Shown here: piece after piece, positions 47,199 to 58,348 of the stretch
Numbering within the stretch: the stretch's first letter is position 1
How the letters are laid out: each line of letters begins with the position of its first letter
Assembly: GCA_973895155.1 (NCBI GenBank)
Contig: OZ316899.1
Coordinates: forward strand, 4,157,241-4,221,240
Length of the DNA stretch: 64,000 bases
Origin: Marsupella aquatica
Lineage: Eukaryota > Plantae > Marchantiophyta
Direction of reading: 5' to 3'
Notes under the pieces: generated by a model
Database searches by the model: none
What the model saw: only the letters and a program-made list of their open reading frames with translations
What the model was told of the DNA's origin: nothing
Made by a program: the position numbers and the translations under genes

Positions 47199-50100
47199 TG
47201 TTGTGAGACAAGGTTTTTGATCATAATAATAGATCACTCACTCCATTAAGGTATGGCTTTATATAGCCATTGGGTTACATCATATAAGGTTAAAGGTAAC
47301 CTTATTCTAGGGTTAAAGAGTAAACTATGGTTTACAACACTCCCCCTTGGTTAGTTTATGGGTGTGTAAAGTAACCACTGTTTTAACCCTAGATTATCTA
47401 ATTGGTATTCCCATTGATGTAGCCTCATTAAAACCTTGTCGCTTTCTTCTCAAGGAGAGAGTACTACCATCATTACATATTGGGATCCAATTGGTCCATT
47501 TTGGATATCATATTTGTATTTTGTCTAAAAATATGTTTCCTATGAATGTGTATGTTCATTCATTCTATAGATTTGTTATACTATGGGTATTTATAATTTT
47601 CCTATACTATCCGATGGTTTGTATAATGTCGATTTTGTAGGTCTTTGTTTTATTGACGACCTAACTTAGCTGTGTGTTGTGCTTTCTCCAAGATGACTTC
47701 TTTAGGTTCGTAAGATCTTTGTCGTAAGTCGTCGGGTGGGGGAAAAGCTTGGCTTGTGAGCTCTGCATCGCTAGCATGTCCGATCGAGCTGTCAGGTGTT
47801 ATGCATCTCGATCCGCCGTGTATTTGAAGATCCTTCATTCGGGTGGATCGCCTTCGCTCTTATGTGTTAGTACGAGTCTTCTTTCGATTCATGGTGTGGC
47901 CTTCATGGTGGTGGCATGTTGAGTGTTGGCGATCTGTATCACAATAACAGTGGTGGACGAAGAAAAAAAAGGATGAAGTGAAAGTTATGAACGGGGTTGC
48001 AGTGGGGATTGCAAACCTCTAATATGAGCTGCTTTGCGCTGGTTCTTTCAGTTTCGTTCGTCAATAGTTGGATTGCTTGTGTTGGCATTTGTAGTTTATG
48101 CGCTTTTCGTTAAGGATTGTATGTCATGGCTTTCATGGAGTAATGTTGATAGCTTTTTCATACCTATGCCTGTGATGTGGTCTCGATGAGTTCCTGCAGG
48201 TAGAGGTTTTGTAAATATATCTGCCCTGTTGTCCTGTGATCGAATCCATTCTACTTGTATGTTTTTGCCTTGCTGTTCTTGGGTAAAGAAGAACTTGGGA
48301 TCGATGTGCTTTGTTCTTTCGGTTTTCATAATGCCGTTGATGATTTGGTCTATGCAGGCTTTGTTGTCCTCATATATTATTGTAGGTTCTGTTATCTTTG
48401 ACTTGCCCGTGCTGGTCCTGATGTGGTTAATGATACTTCTTAACCATAGGGCTTCTCTGCATGCCTCGTATAATGCTATGACTTCTGAATGATTCGATGA
48501 TGTGGTTGTCATCGTTTGCTTTGTGCTACGCCAGGATAATGCAGTGGTGCCTTGCAGGAAGACATAGCCCGTTTGTGATTTTGAGTCTTGGGGGTCAGAT
48601 AGGTATCCAACGCCTGTGTATCCTATGAGGTTATTGGGGCTGTCTTTTGGGAAGAAAAGGCCCAGGTCTATGGTGCCTTGGAGGTACCTGAATATCCTTT
48701 TTAGGCCATTCCAGTGGCGGATTGTTGGTTGGGCGCTGTGTCTTGCGAGGAGGCTGACTGAGAACGATATGTCTGGTTGTGTGTGGTTCGCTAGGTACAT
48801 TAGTGCGCCCACTGCAGATAGATAGGGTTTTTCCGAGCCTAATATTGGTTCGTGTTCTTGTCTGCGCCTGAACATATCTTTTTCTGGGTCAAGGGACCGG
48901 AGTTCCATTGGTGTGGAGACCGGGTGTGATAGGTGCATGTTAAACTGTTTGATAATTTTCTGTGTATATGTTGATTGGCAGATAAAGGTGCCATTGTGGA
49001 GGTGCTCGAATTGTAGTCCTAAGCAATATGTAGGTTCACCCAGGTCTTTCATTTCGAACACTCCCTTCAGAGTTCTGATGGTGTCTGTGATGATTTTGGG
49101 TGTCCCAAATAGATTCACATCGTCGACGTACAGTGCTAGTATTATGAATTCATTTTTCATTTGTTTGATGAAGATACATGGGGCAATATCGTTGTTGGTG
49201 AATCCGAGGTTGATCATCTCTGTTTTAAACTTCTTGTACCATATACGTCCGCTCTACTTAAGGCCATTTATGGAGCGTAATACTTTTATGGCTAATGTCG
49301 GTTTGCCAGGTCCTGTATTTCCAGGGGTTTTCTTATGCTTGTGTTGTGTATGTCCACTTTGCATGAGGAGCTCTTTAACCTGTTCATCAGGTATGATCTG
49401 TCGTATACCCGACTTTATATCTGGGCTCAGGTTCTGGGACGTCTCCCCCTGAGTATATTGTTTCACTCTCTGGATCAATTCGTGAGGTGCTTTCATGTAA
49501 ATTTCTGTGTCCAGAGTGCCATAAAGGTACGCAGTTACCACGTCCATTAAGTTGTTGATAAGTTTATGTTGTATGGAGAATGTAATAAGGTATCTGTATG
49601 TAATTGCGTCCATGATGGGTGAATATGTGAGGTCGTAGTCCCGGCCTGGTATCTGTGTATACCCCTTCGCCACTAGCCTTGCTCTGTATCTTATTACCTC
49701 TCCTTTCGCATTCCGTTTTCTAATGAATGTGAATCGGGATTCTGTGTAGTTGTTACCTGGTGGTGCCTGTATAAGTGGTCCAAAGATCTGTCTTTTGATA
49801 AGGGCGTCCATCTCAATGTTGATGGCCTCTTGCCATTTCGGCCAATCTGCTCTCTTTTGAGCTTCTTTCATAGTGAGTGGATCTGGTGTGTCACTTTCTA
49901 TTTCTTGTACAATATGATATACAAACTGTTCGTTTATTTCTGTTGTCTGTCATTTTTATATTTGTCCAGTGTTTTTATATTGAATCGAGATTTCTTTGTT
50001 ACCTGAGTTTTGGGTGTTTATGGGTTCCGAGTGTATCGTACTTAATGTTGTGACAGGGATCGTAGCCGGGGTTTTCCTTTGTCGTGGGTGGATGTCTTTT

Positions 50101-53100
50101 GCTCCTGGTGGTCTTCCCCGTTTTGCTCTTGGTGCTGTTTTGGAGGCGGGGGTCTTGGAGATCTGCACTTGTGCGGGTATGTTTGCTGCTTCTACATGTG
50201 ACCTTGTCACGTTTGCCGCGCCATTGAATGAGTCGGGAATTTTCTCTAGCATCTCATTGAGGTGGAGGATTTGTCTGACTTCTTCATCTGCTCTCTTGGT
50301 TCTTGGATCTTGGTTAATGAGGTTTGGGTTATTCCAATTAAGGTTCTGGTGGATCTGATCGTGTAATGTTGCTTTTGTCGATAGTGTGGGAATTGGTCTT
50401 CATAGAAATGGCAGTCTTGGTGTCGAGCTTTGAATAAATTTGATGTGGTAGGTTTGAGGTATCGGATGATGGATGTGGAGTCAAATCCTACGTATATGCC
50501 TGGGTGTCGTTGGGGTCCTATTTTTGTCCTTTTAGGTCCTAAGATGGGGACCATAACTTTGCATCCGAATATTCGTAAGTGTGATAAGTCTGGTGGCGTT
50601 CCTAATGCTAAGTGATATGGGGTCTTCGAGTTATATGCGGACGGTCGATATTTGAGTAGAGTTGATGCATGGAGGATAGCATGTCCCCAGGCTGATAGTG
50701 GTAAGTTTGAGTGCATTAACATTGGTCTTGCCACCATTTGGAGTCTTTTAATAACTGATTCGGCTATGCCATTTTGGAAGTGTACATGTGGGACTGAGTA
50801 CTGGGTATCTATTCCAGCTGTCCAACAGAAGTCGCCGAAGGCTTTAGAAGTGAATTCTCCTGCTCCATCTACTCGTAGTATACGTGTGGGGTGCTCAGGG
50901 AACTGAGCTTTTAATTTTAAAATGTGGGCCAATATTCTTGCAAATACCAAGTTGCATGTTGAGAGTAGGGAGATCTGTGACCATTTGGTTGAAGAGTCGA
51001 TGAGTACTAGGAAGTACTTGAATGGGCCACTAGGAGGGTCAATAGGTCTGCAGATATCCGCATTAAGTTGTTCTAAGAAGTTGGGGATTTTATATTCGGT
51101 TTTTGGTATCGATGGGCATGTTATCATTTTGCCTTGTGAGCAGGCCATACATTGTGTCTTCCTGGAGTTGGGTTTGGCCATCTTGGGGATTCCTGTGGAG
51201 TCTCTAATAATTCTGTTGTACATGTTAGTTCCAGGGTGACCGAGCCTGCAATGCCAGGTATGTGTTATGTCTGTTGTGTCTTGTTCGAGGTGGTATGCTT
51301 GGATATGAGCTGCATATAGGCCAGGTGGTATTAAGGGTAATATCTCCATAATTTGTGGTATGCCTACCGTTTCTTGGAGTATTTGCAGGGTTTCGGTTTC
51401 ACCATGTTTTTCTGTTCTCAATTGGTATTGGTTCGCGCGTATGTCTTGAAAGCTGATTAGGTTTCGTGTAGCTGTTGGGGCATATATTGCAGCTGCTATA
51501 TTTATTTTGGTTCCTCCAGGGAGTATAATTGTTGCTTTGCCTTTGCCTTCTTTGATTTGATTGGGTCCGGCGATTGTTGTTAGAGTTCTGGAGGATGGGG
51601 TGATATATTCAAAGTATTTATTATGTTTTAGTATTGTATGTGAGGTTCCGCTGTCGATGATGCCTATATTGGGGTCATTAAGTGGTGGGTGCTGCAGGTT
51701 TGGTGTAGCTGTATGTGTTTCTATTTGCACTTCAGTTTCGTTGTATGCTGCGATATCCTCTTCGATTTCCATGTAGTTGCCTTGTGGATTTTGTCTCGTT
51801 TGGTTTCTTTCATTAGTATATCGTTGTGCCTCCTGGTCTGATGCTTTGCAGTCTTTCCTAATGTGGCCTATCTTGCCACATCTGTAACATAGTTTTTGAT
51901 GGTTACTTGTGGTCTTGTTTTGGAGGTTTCGCCATCTGCCACTGCCTATGTTCGGTCCGCGTGTCCATATGTTTCGAGGTGGTAGGGACGTACGAGTGCT
52001 CGAGGGGTGGTATCGTCCTTGTCCCTGACTTTTCCTCTTCCTCCCCTAAATGTTGTTTGGCCTCCATTGTTTCCTCGTCTTCCGTCGTTATAGCTGCCAT
52101 AATTTGCTTCTGGCCGATGGGGTGGTGGATCAGATCCTGCAGGTCTTTTTCTTGCATTATGAAGTGCTACTATTTGTTGTTTCTCTTCAACTAATAAGTG
52201 GGCTATAAGGTCCAAATAAGTCATACAATTCATATTTCGATATTGGGTTCCCAGTGCTATGTTGGCTTCTGGGAATGTTGACAATGTTTTGTCAATTCGG
52301 TTGTTATCGTTTACTGGATGGCCACACATTTTGAGTTGAGATGTAATTCTAAATAATGCACTGTTATAGTTTGCGATTGATGTGTGGTCCATGACTCGCA
52401 GGTTATGCCAGTCCCTTCGTGCTTCGGGGAGCCATATTTCTCTCATATGATCAAATCTTGATTTGAGTTGGTCCCATAGCTTGCGTGGGTTTACCTCATT
52501 CATATATTTATTCTTCACTTGTGGTGATAGGTGTTGTCTCAACAGGAATGTAGCGTTAGCTTTCTGTTTCAGAGTTAGATTTGCATCTGTATATAGTGTG
52601 TCTTCCAACTCTTGGGATGCAAAATATATTTCGACGTCTGTTATCCATGTCAGATAATTGGAACGGTCGACTTTTAGTGCCGGCTAGATCAGTTTCTCGA
52701 CTGTATTCATCTTTGATTATAGGTTGGAGGTCGACTTGATGTCTTCTATAATTGTAATATCTCGCACATTATCAGTTGCGGATCGGAATTTGATTTAATT
52801 CTGTCTCAATCGTGTCTCAATCGTTTTCGATCCTGGCATTCAATTTGGGTTTCTATTGTATCTTTGATGTGCAAAAAAAGGGATAAGAAAAATTAAGACT
52901 GCTTATCTAAGGGATTGACTACTATGAGTAGACAAAAAAATCTTTGGAGTCTGCTCGGTAGGTCAAGATTTGGGTCGAATCTTGGAAGGTAATCGGGGGC
53001 TATGGCGAGTAAAAAAACGGTTGGGGCAGTTATATATTAAGAAAGTGAACCATAAAATGATGTTATCCTCGTTGAAACATTGAGTCATCTATTCTATATA

Positions 53101-53273
53101 TTTTTGTGTAGAGCATACACGTGCTGGTAACGTGTTGTGAGACAAGGTTTTTGATCATAATAATAGATCACTCACTCCATTAAGGTATGGCTTTATATAG
53201 CCATTGGGTTACATCATATAAGGTTAAAGGTAACCTTATTCTAGGGTTAAAGAGTAAACTATGGTTTACAACA
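47199..53273 (-). mobile_element. Element E: Ty1/copia, Bianca-like, disrupted pol
   Basis: Identical 141-bp TG...CA LTRs (47199-47339, 53133-53273), PPT AAGGGGGAG (47340-47348), half-tRNA-type PBS CGTTACCAGCACG (53120-53132), and imperfect TSD CCAAG/CCAGA. Confidence 0.92.
48096..52608 (-). pseudogene. Element E gag-pol in at least five pieces
   Basis: IIDSGTSHT protease, WHCRLGH, CMACSQGK, VDGAGEF, QNGIAES, ARLVAKGY, LYVDDVN, TKHIDPKFF. Confidence 0.92.
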
Positions 53274-54234
53274 CCAGAACATTCTAGTGAACCTTGAGTA
53301 CTCCTGTAACATATTTTCATACTTTTTACTTTAGTTTATGACCCTTAAGATATGAAAGGGCATGTCCTTTCATTATCTCTTTTCCCTTTAGTTCCTCCTA
53401 CCCTATATGTAGTAGACTTTATGTCACTTTTTGTGTGAAGAAATTTCATGAGCGCTCAATTGCAAGATTGCAACTTTGTTACCTCCATTTGTAGCAAGCA
53501 CTCCATTGCATATGAGTACTTAATACAAAGGAATTCTTCCCCCTTCAAGTCTAAATGAATGAGAAGTTTGGACCCTTGAAGTAAAATTATTATGATTGTT
53601 AAATCTTTTGAGTATGTGGAAATAGATTCCTTGTTGGTGAGTTTCACATATTCCTTAGTTTTTGATGCATAGTTTTTGACGTGACATTGCTTGTGCACGG
53701 GATGCAAAGATCGTTACTTACCAATTACTTATGGCTTCAAATTTGATCATGATGGTGTCTCTTATTTGTGACACAAAGTACCGATTGGATACAAAAGTGA
53801 TTGATTACTAGTCTCCACTCAGTACCTTGGAAGGAAAAGTTGAGACATGTTGACGGCATTTTAGTAATCATCCTAGTACCGTAATCCTTTCTAGAAATGT
53901 TCTTGCGGATATACCACCTAAATCATATCAAATGAAGTTATGTTGAGGAGTCACCTTGGTTGTTTCCTAACTTCCTCACCATACCTCAAGATTTTCATTG
54001 TGTTTTATTAATTGTTTCCATTTGTTAATTTTATTTACAATGTTAAGCAAACATTCAAAACTATGTCTTGCTGAGCAACCACAGTAAAAGGCTCAACCTT
54101 TGTGTTTTTGTCACCTTATTCATTCATAAGTGCTAAATCATAGAAAATCATTCCTTACATGTTCTTCCATGGGAACGAATACCGAGTTTTGGATCTTAAA
54201 TGTTTATTTATGTCCCTAGTGTGATACTACAATT

Positions 54235-55233
54235 GGTATGGCTCATGGATTGACCTAATGCTTGTATGTGAATGAGCACTTTCTGAGTTGTAGCAATAAA
54301 TTTATCGATGTTTGCATTGTGAGTGACTTGTCCTTGTGTTGTATTTCCGCTATTGGTGTTTTTTTGTTCCATGGTTTGTCAGAGTGATAAATTTATTGCT
54401 CCTTGCATTGAGATTTGCAGACTTTGTCATCATGGGTCCTAGTGGAAAGAGTGGATTTTCCGAGGCTGAAAGTTTCATGACAAGCCTCACAAACGCAATT
54501 TGGACAAGTGAAGACATTTGTGAAGAGGTCAAGTTCAAGAAACCCTGGTACTTTCGGGACGCCAGGTTACAGTCCAAGGATATGGCAGGCTGTGAGTCTC
54601 CTATCCTTTGGGTCCAAATGCAAAAATCCTCAAAGGTTACTCTCTCGTTTGGCCTGGTCGTTAGTGTGGAAATTTGTAAGTACTTGATTAGCCAGGGAGA
54701 GGCAAAAGTGTTGAAAGAGTGCCTAAGTTTCTTGACAATGTGTGGACACAAGGGATTCACCTCTGTCATTGTTACCATGGAGAACTTTCTTGAGAAATCC
54801 CTTGAGAGTTACCCAGAAGACCCGCTTGTCGCGGAAGTTAGGATAGCAAAAGTAATGAATCTTATGGTCCCAGCTTGGGTGTGCTAGTTTGTCCAAGACT
54901 GTGATCTCATCATGCTACCAAGGTGAATGCAGAGTACAAGAGGCTCACAGGTGAAGAATTCAGACCCATCCAGAAAATAGTTATTAAGAGGCCTGGTAAT
55001 CGAGAGTGGAGCTTTGTTGGCAAAAAGCGCTGGAGGTACTACTCTGGACAAGCACGCAACTGGTCTGAGGAAGGGAAGTGGAAGGGGGAAACGGAGAGGA
55101 AGAGGGAACACCAGGGTAGATACCGCTGGTCCCTCTGAGGGCAGGAGAAGGAGCCAGGGGACTGGTGTTAGTGGAGGGGGAGGAAGGGGCAGCGGCAGTC
55201 ATTGAGGTTGTGCAGCTAGTGCAAGTTTAGGTG
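54235..55233 (+). repeat. ~1 kb coding module, copy 2, directly upstream of the MTase gene
   Basis: Homologous to 42580-43600. The frame continues past one TGA to ~55430. Confidence 0.88.
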
Positions 55234-55600
55234 TTTCAGAAGCGCCTTCCATAAATGGAAGCAAGAGTAGAGGATCCAAGGGATCGGGGCCATCTGGTTC
55301 TGGAGTCAACGTTAAGAGGAAGAGAACGGGCTGGAGTATATCCATAGCCCTGGAAGGAGTGGTAGCCCCAATCAATATGGAAACTCTGGTTATTGCCGAG
55401 CACTTGCCTCATTTGGATATACAAGCCAAGGTTCCTTTCATTCAATCAATAAGTATTACCAACCTTTAATTTTCTTTTGACAAATGAGGATTCTGATAAA
55501 AATCTCGCGGTTACTTTCATTATCTAATTTTGGATGATGTTTTCTAGATTGACGAAGAGGAGGAGACTGCTCTTTTGGGTATGAGACTAACGCCATCAAA

Positions 55601-57870
55601 GTGGAGCTCAGTCTGTTGATGCAACAAAGGGTTCAAAGGACAATTGTCCTCTTACATGTCGACAATCTAATTTTTTATGAAGTTGGAGAGAAGTCAACTT
55701 TGATGAGACCAGTGGACAAATTGCATGTGGAGAATATCAAGATTCTTCTAAGGAAAACCCCCACTTCAGCGCACTGTTTGTCCTGTGTGTGGATCCGAAG
55801 GATTGTCCCACAATCCAGGACTGGGATATTCTAAAGTCCAGAGTATGGAAGTATAGAATTATTAGAGGGAATCATGGTGCTCGGGCAAAGGCCAAGTTGT
55901 ATAAATGTATGGGAAGCAGATTTATGGTGAGCTGGAAGCTTGGGTATACGCTAGACTTACCAAATCGGAGGTTGGGCTTCCAGCACAATTATGACCAGGA
56001 GTATAGGAAGAACATGACTCATATCGGCAGAGTTCGTGCGTGCCACAATATCTTTGTTGAAATTGATGTGGGATCAACCAAGGATGTTTGCGAGGCTTGT
56101 TGTTAGGAATGTATGCTGGAATACACTCCCGGCGTTTGTGACACCATGGCCAAACATGACCTAATGTTCCAGATTGCTTTCCAAACCAAGGAAATTTGGG
56201 ATCTTCAGGAGAAAATTTTCCAGATGTGGGAGAAGGGGACTGTCTTGGGACAACCCAAAACAATTGTGGCAACAACAAATGCAAAGGGAAAGGTCAAACC
56301 TTTAATGCTGAAAGAGATTAAAATGAATAAACTTGCAGGTGACCTCAATTTAAACACTTTTCGAGGTCTTCAGGATTGTCAACTAAGGAGCATGTTAAGC
56401 GTCTGTTGAATAGGGTCATTGGGAGAGTGATCACCTTGGAGCATATGCACAAGGAAGGGGAAAAGCTAGAAAACTTTCCAAGGTGAAAAAATTATTTTTG
56501 TAGATATCTGGGTAGCCCAATTGGGCAACAAAAATGTTTCCAAATGAAACGGATGTTTTGTTGTCGTGGGAACATGGGTTGAGAAGTTGAGCAAAGCGGT
56601 AAGCACCCGTCTCGCCCCAAGATTTTTATCGGCCTTGCCATTCCATTAGTAGATTTTTTGTATACCTCGTTCCATTCAAAAATCATCCCAAGATTTTTAT
56701 CGGCTTTCGTATTCGTCAAGCAATTTCATTCTAATCAGAATCGTGTGCGACCTTTGTTACAGCTGGAGATTGGGTCAAAGCAGAAAAATAAAGTTGTTCC
56801 GCTTGTCCAGTATCATTTGGTGAGGGAGGTTATTGTTCCCTCCATTGGCATCCCATATGTGTTCAAGAATTTTGTGCTTGCTACAATTGATAGGTACAAC
56901 CGGCCCCAGGCGTTAGGCTAGGACGCGGGAGAAGCTACGGAGCAGATATGGGAAAATGCTGATGGAGATTCTTTCCTTTACTATCTCCATGTTGGGGATG
57001 TTCAAATTTTGGATTCTTTTGTTGAGGCAAGACCTTACACTCTTGCCATCGCCGACACTCCGTATGGTTTTAATGCACCTGGTTTGGAGTTTGATGAAGT
57101 GTCCTTCACTGAAAAAGATGTTGTAGATATGGTAACAAGTTTTTCAAACATGATGACTGCTAAGCACTGGAGGTTTGTTGTGATCCATTCACTACAACAA
57201 AAATATGGTCAATGTTTGCGCTTGAGACTGTGTGCAACTATGGGGTTGAGTCTAGAATTTGGGAGAAGACCGACATTCATGAGCGTCCCGCCGGTGCTCA
57301 GTTGGCATGGGCTTTTGAAAACTGGTCGATTGGTTTCTACAACAAGGAAGACATCTGGAACATGAACATGTACAATTTCCAATCGGATGAGTCTTGCATC
57401 AATATCATCAAGGTTCCATGTGTAACCAAGAAGTCTGTTGATCCGTTAGGATATGTTGTGAACCCGTATCAAAAGTCTGTTGGTTTGGGTGCTTGGTTCA
57501 TTACTCATTTCTCTGAGAAAAATGACTGGGTTATAGATCTTTGCTGTGGAATTGGATCCATATTAGCTGCTACTCTTCTCAATTCTTGCTAGAGTTGTGC
57601 GGTCAATAAAAGTTCTTTGTAGATTGATTTTGTGAGAAATCGGATTATGACTCTGGAGTCAAACTAGAATTATATGAGGAAGCGCAGATTGAAGGGCAAG
57701 GCGACAAAGATCTAGAGACTCAACCACCAATTGGAGGCCAATTGGGAACATTGGGGACTTTGACTTTCACTATTGAAGTCGTGAAGGAGATCGAGGATGA
57801 AGAAGAAGCTGAAGATGAACCTCCCAGAACGCCTAATGAGGATGATCGCAATGACATGTTACTGGATTAG
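55601..57870 (+). pseudogene. ParB-like + beta-class N6-adenine/N4-cytosine DNA methyltransferase, intron-containing, disrupted
   Basis: N-terminal RPVDKLHV and YRIIRGNHGARA (ParB-like). Then HVGDVQIL, AIADTPYG (motif IV), NPYQKS, and DWVIDLCCGIGS (motif I after motif IV, i.e. beta order). Phase-0 GT-AG intron at 56599-56738. Confidence 0.82.
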
Positions 57871-57914
57871 GAAATTCTTATCTGGTTGTAGGATAGTTAG
57901 GTTAGGTTAGGTTA

Positions 57915-58165
57915 GGTAATTTATCGCAATTACGTTTGAACCCGATAAATTTATCGGACTTTGCATTCCACTCCTTTTTTTGTCACGGTGTTTTAGCTGG
58001 GGGAATGGAGTTGTCGATAAACTTGTTAGGTTGACGTTTGAACCCTAATAAACCCCGATACATTTATCGGACTTTGCATTCCACTCCCTTGTTTGTCAGG
58101 GTGTTCTAGTTGGGGAATGGAGTTGTCAATAAACTTATCGGACTTTGCATTCCACACTCTAGCTG
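57915..58165. repeat. Spacer repeats containing palindromic CCGATAAATTTATCGG
   Basis: TTATCGGACTTTGCATTCCAC occurs three times, between the convergent MTase and transposase genes. Confidence 0.85.
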
Positions 58166-58348
58166 GTTTGTCATTTCAAGAATTTCAAAACTTCTTGAAG
58201 GTTAATGGATCTCAAAAAGAAAGATAATTATAGCTTCGGAGAACAACATAGTCCCAGATGTTCACGACTGCGACCATCCTCATGGGAATAGATAACCATC
58301 ATAACTATAACCATTATAACTTAAAAACTTTTAATCTAGCTTCTACTA

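Noticed and set aside
53450-54230. Possible KDZ-type transposase remnant on the minus strand
   Set aside because: Too degraded, with no diagnostic motif recoverable by eye.
42580-55233. The ~1 kb direct repeats as LTRs of a retroelement
   Set aside because: No TG/CA or AGT/ACT ends, PBS, PPT or TSD, and the repeats are themselves coding.
55601-57870. Bacterial contamination or a recent prophage as the source of the MTase
   Set aside because: The gene has a phase-compatible GT-AG intron, shares its motif with the neighbouring eukaryotic TE, and shows transition-type decay.
57896-57917. (GTTAG)4 telomere-like repeat
   Set aside because: Only four units and not the plant TTTAGGG, so it is a microsatellite.
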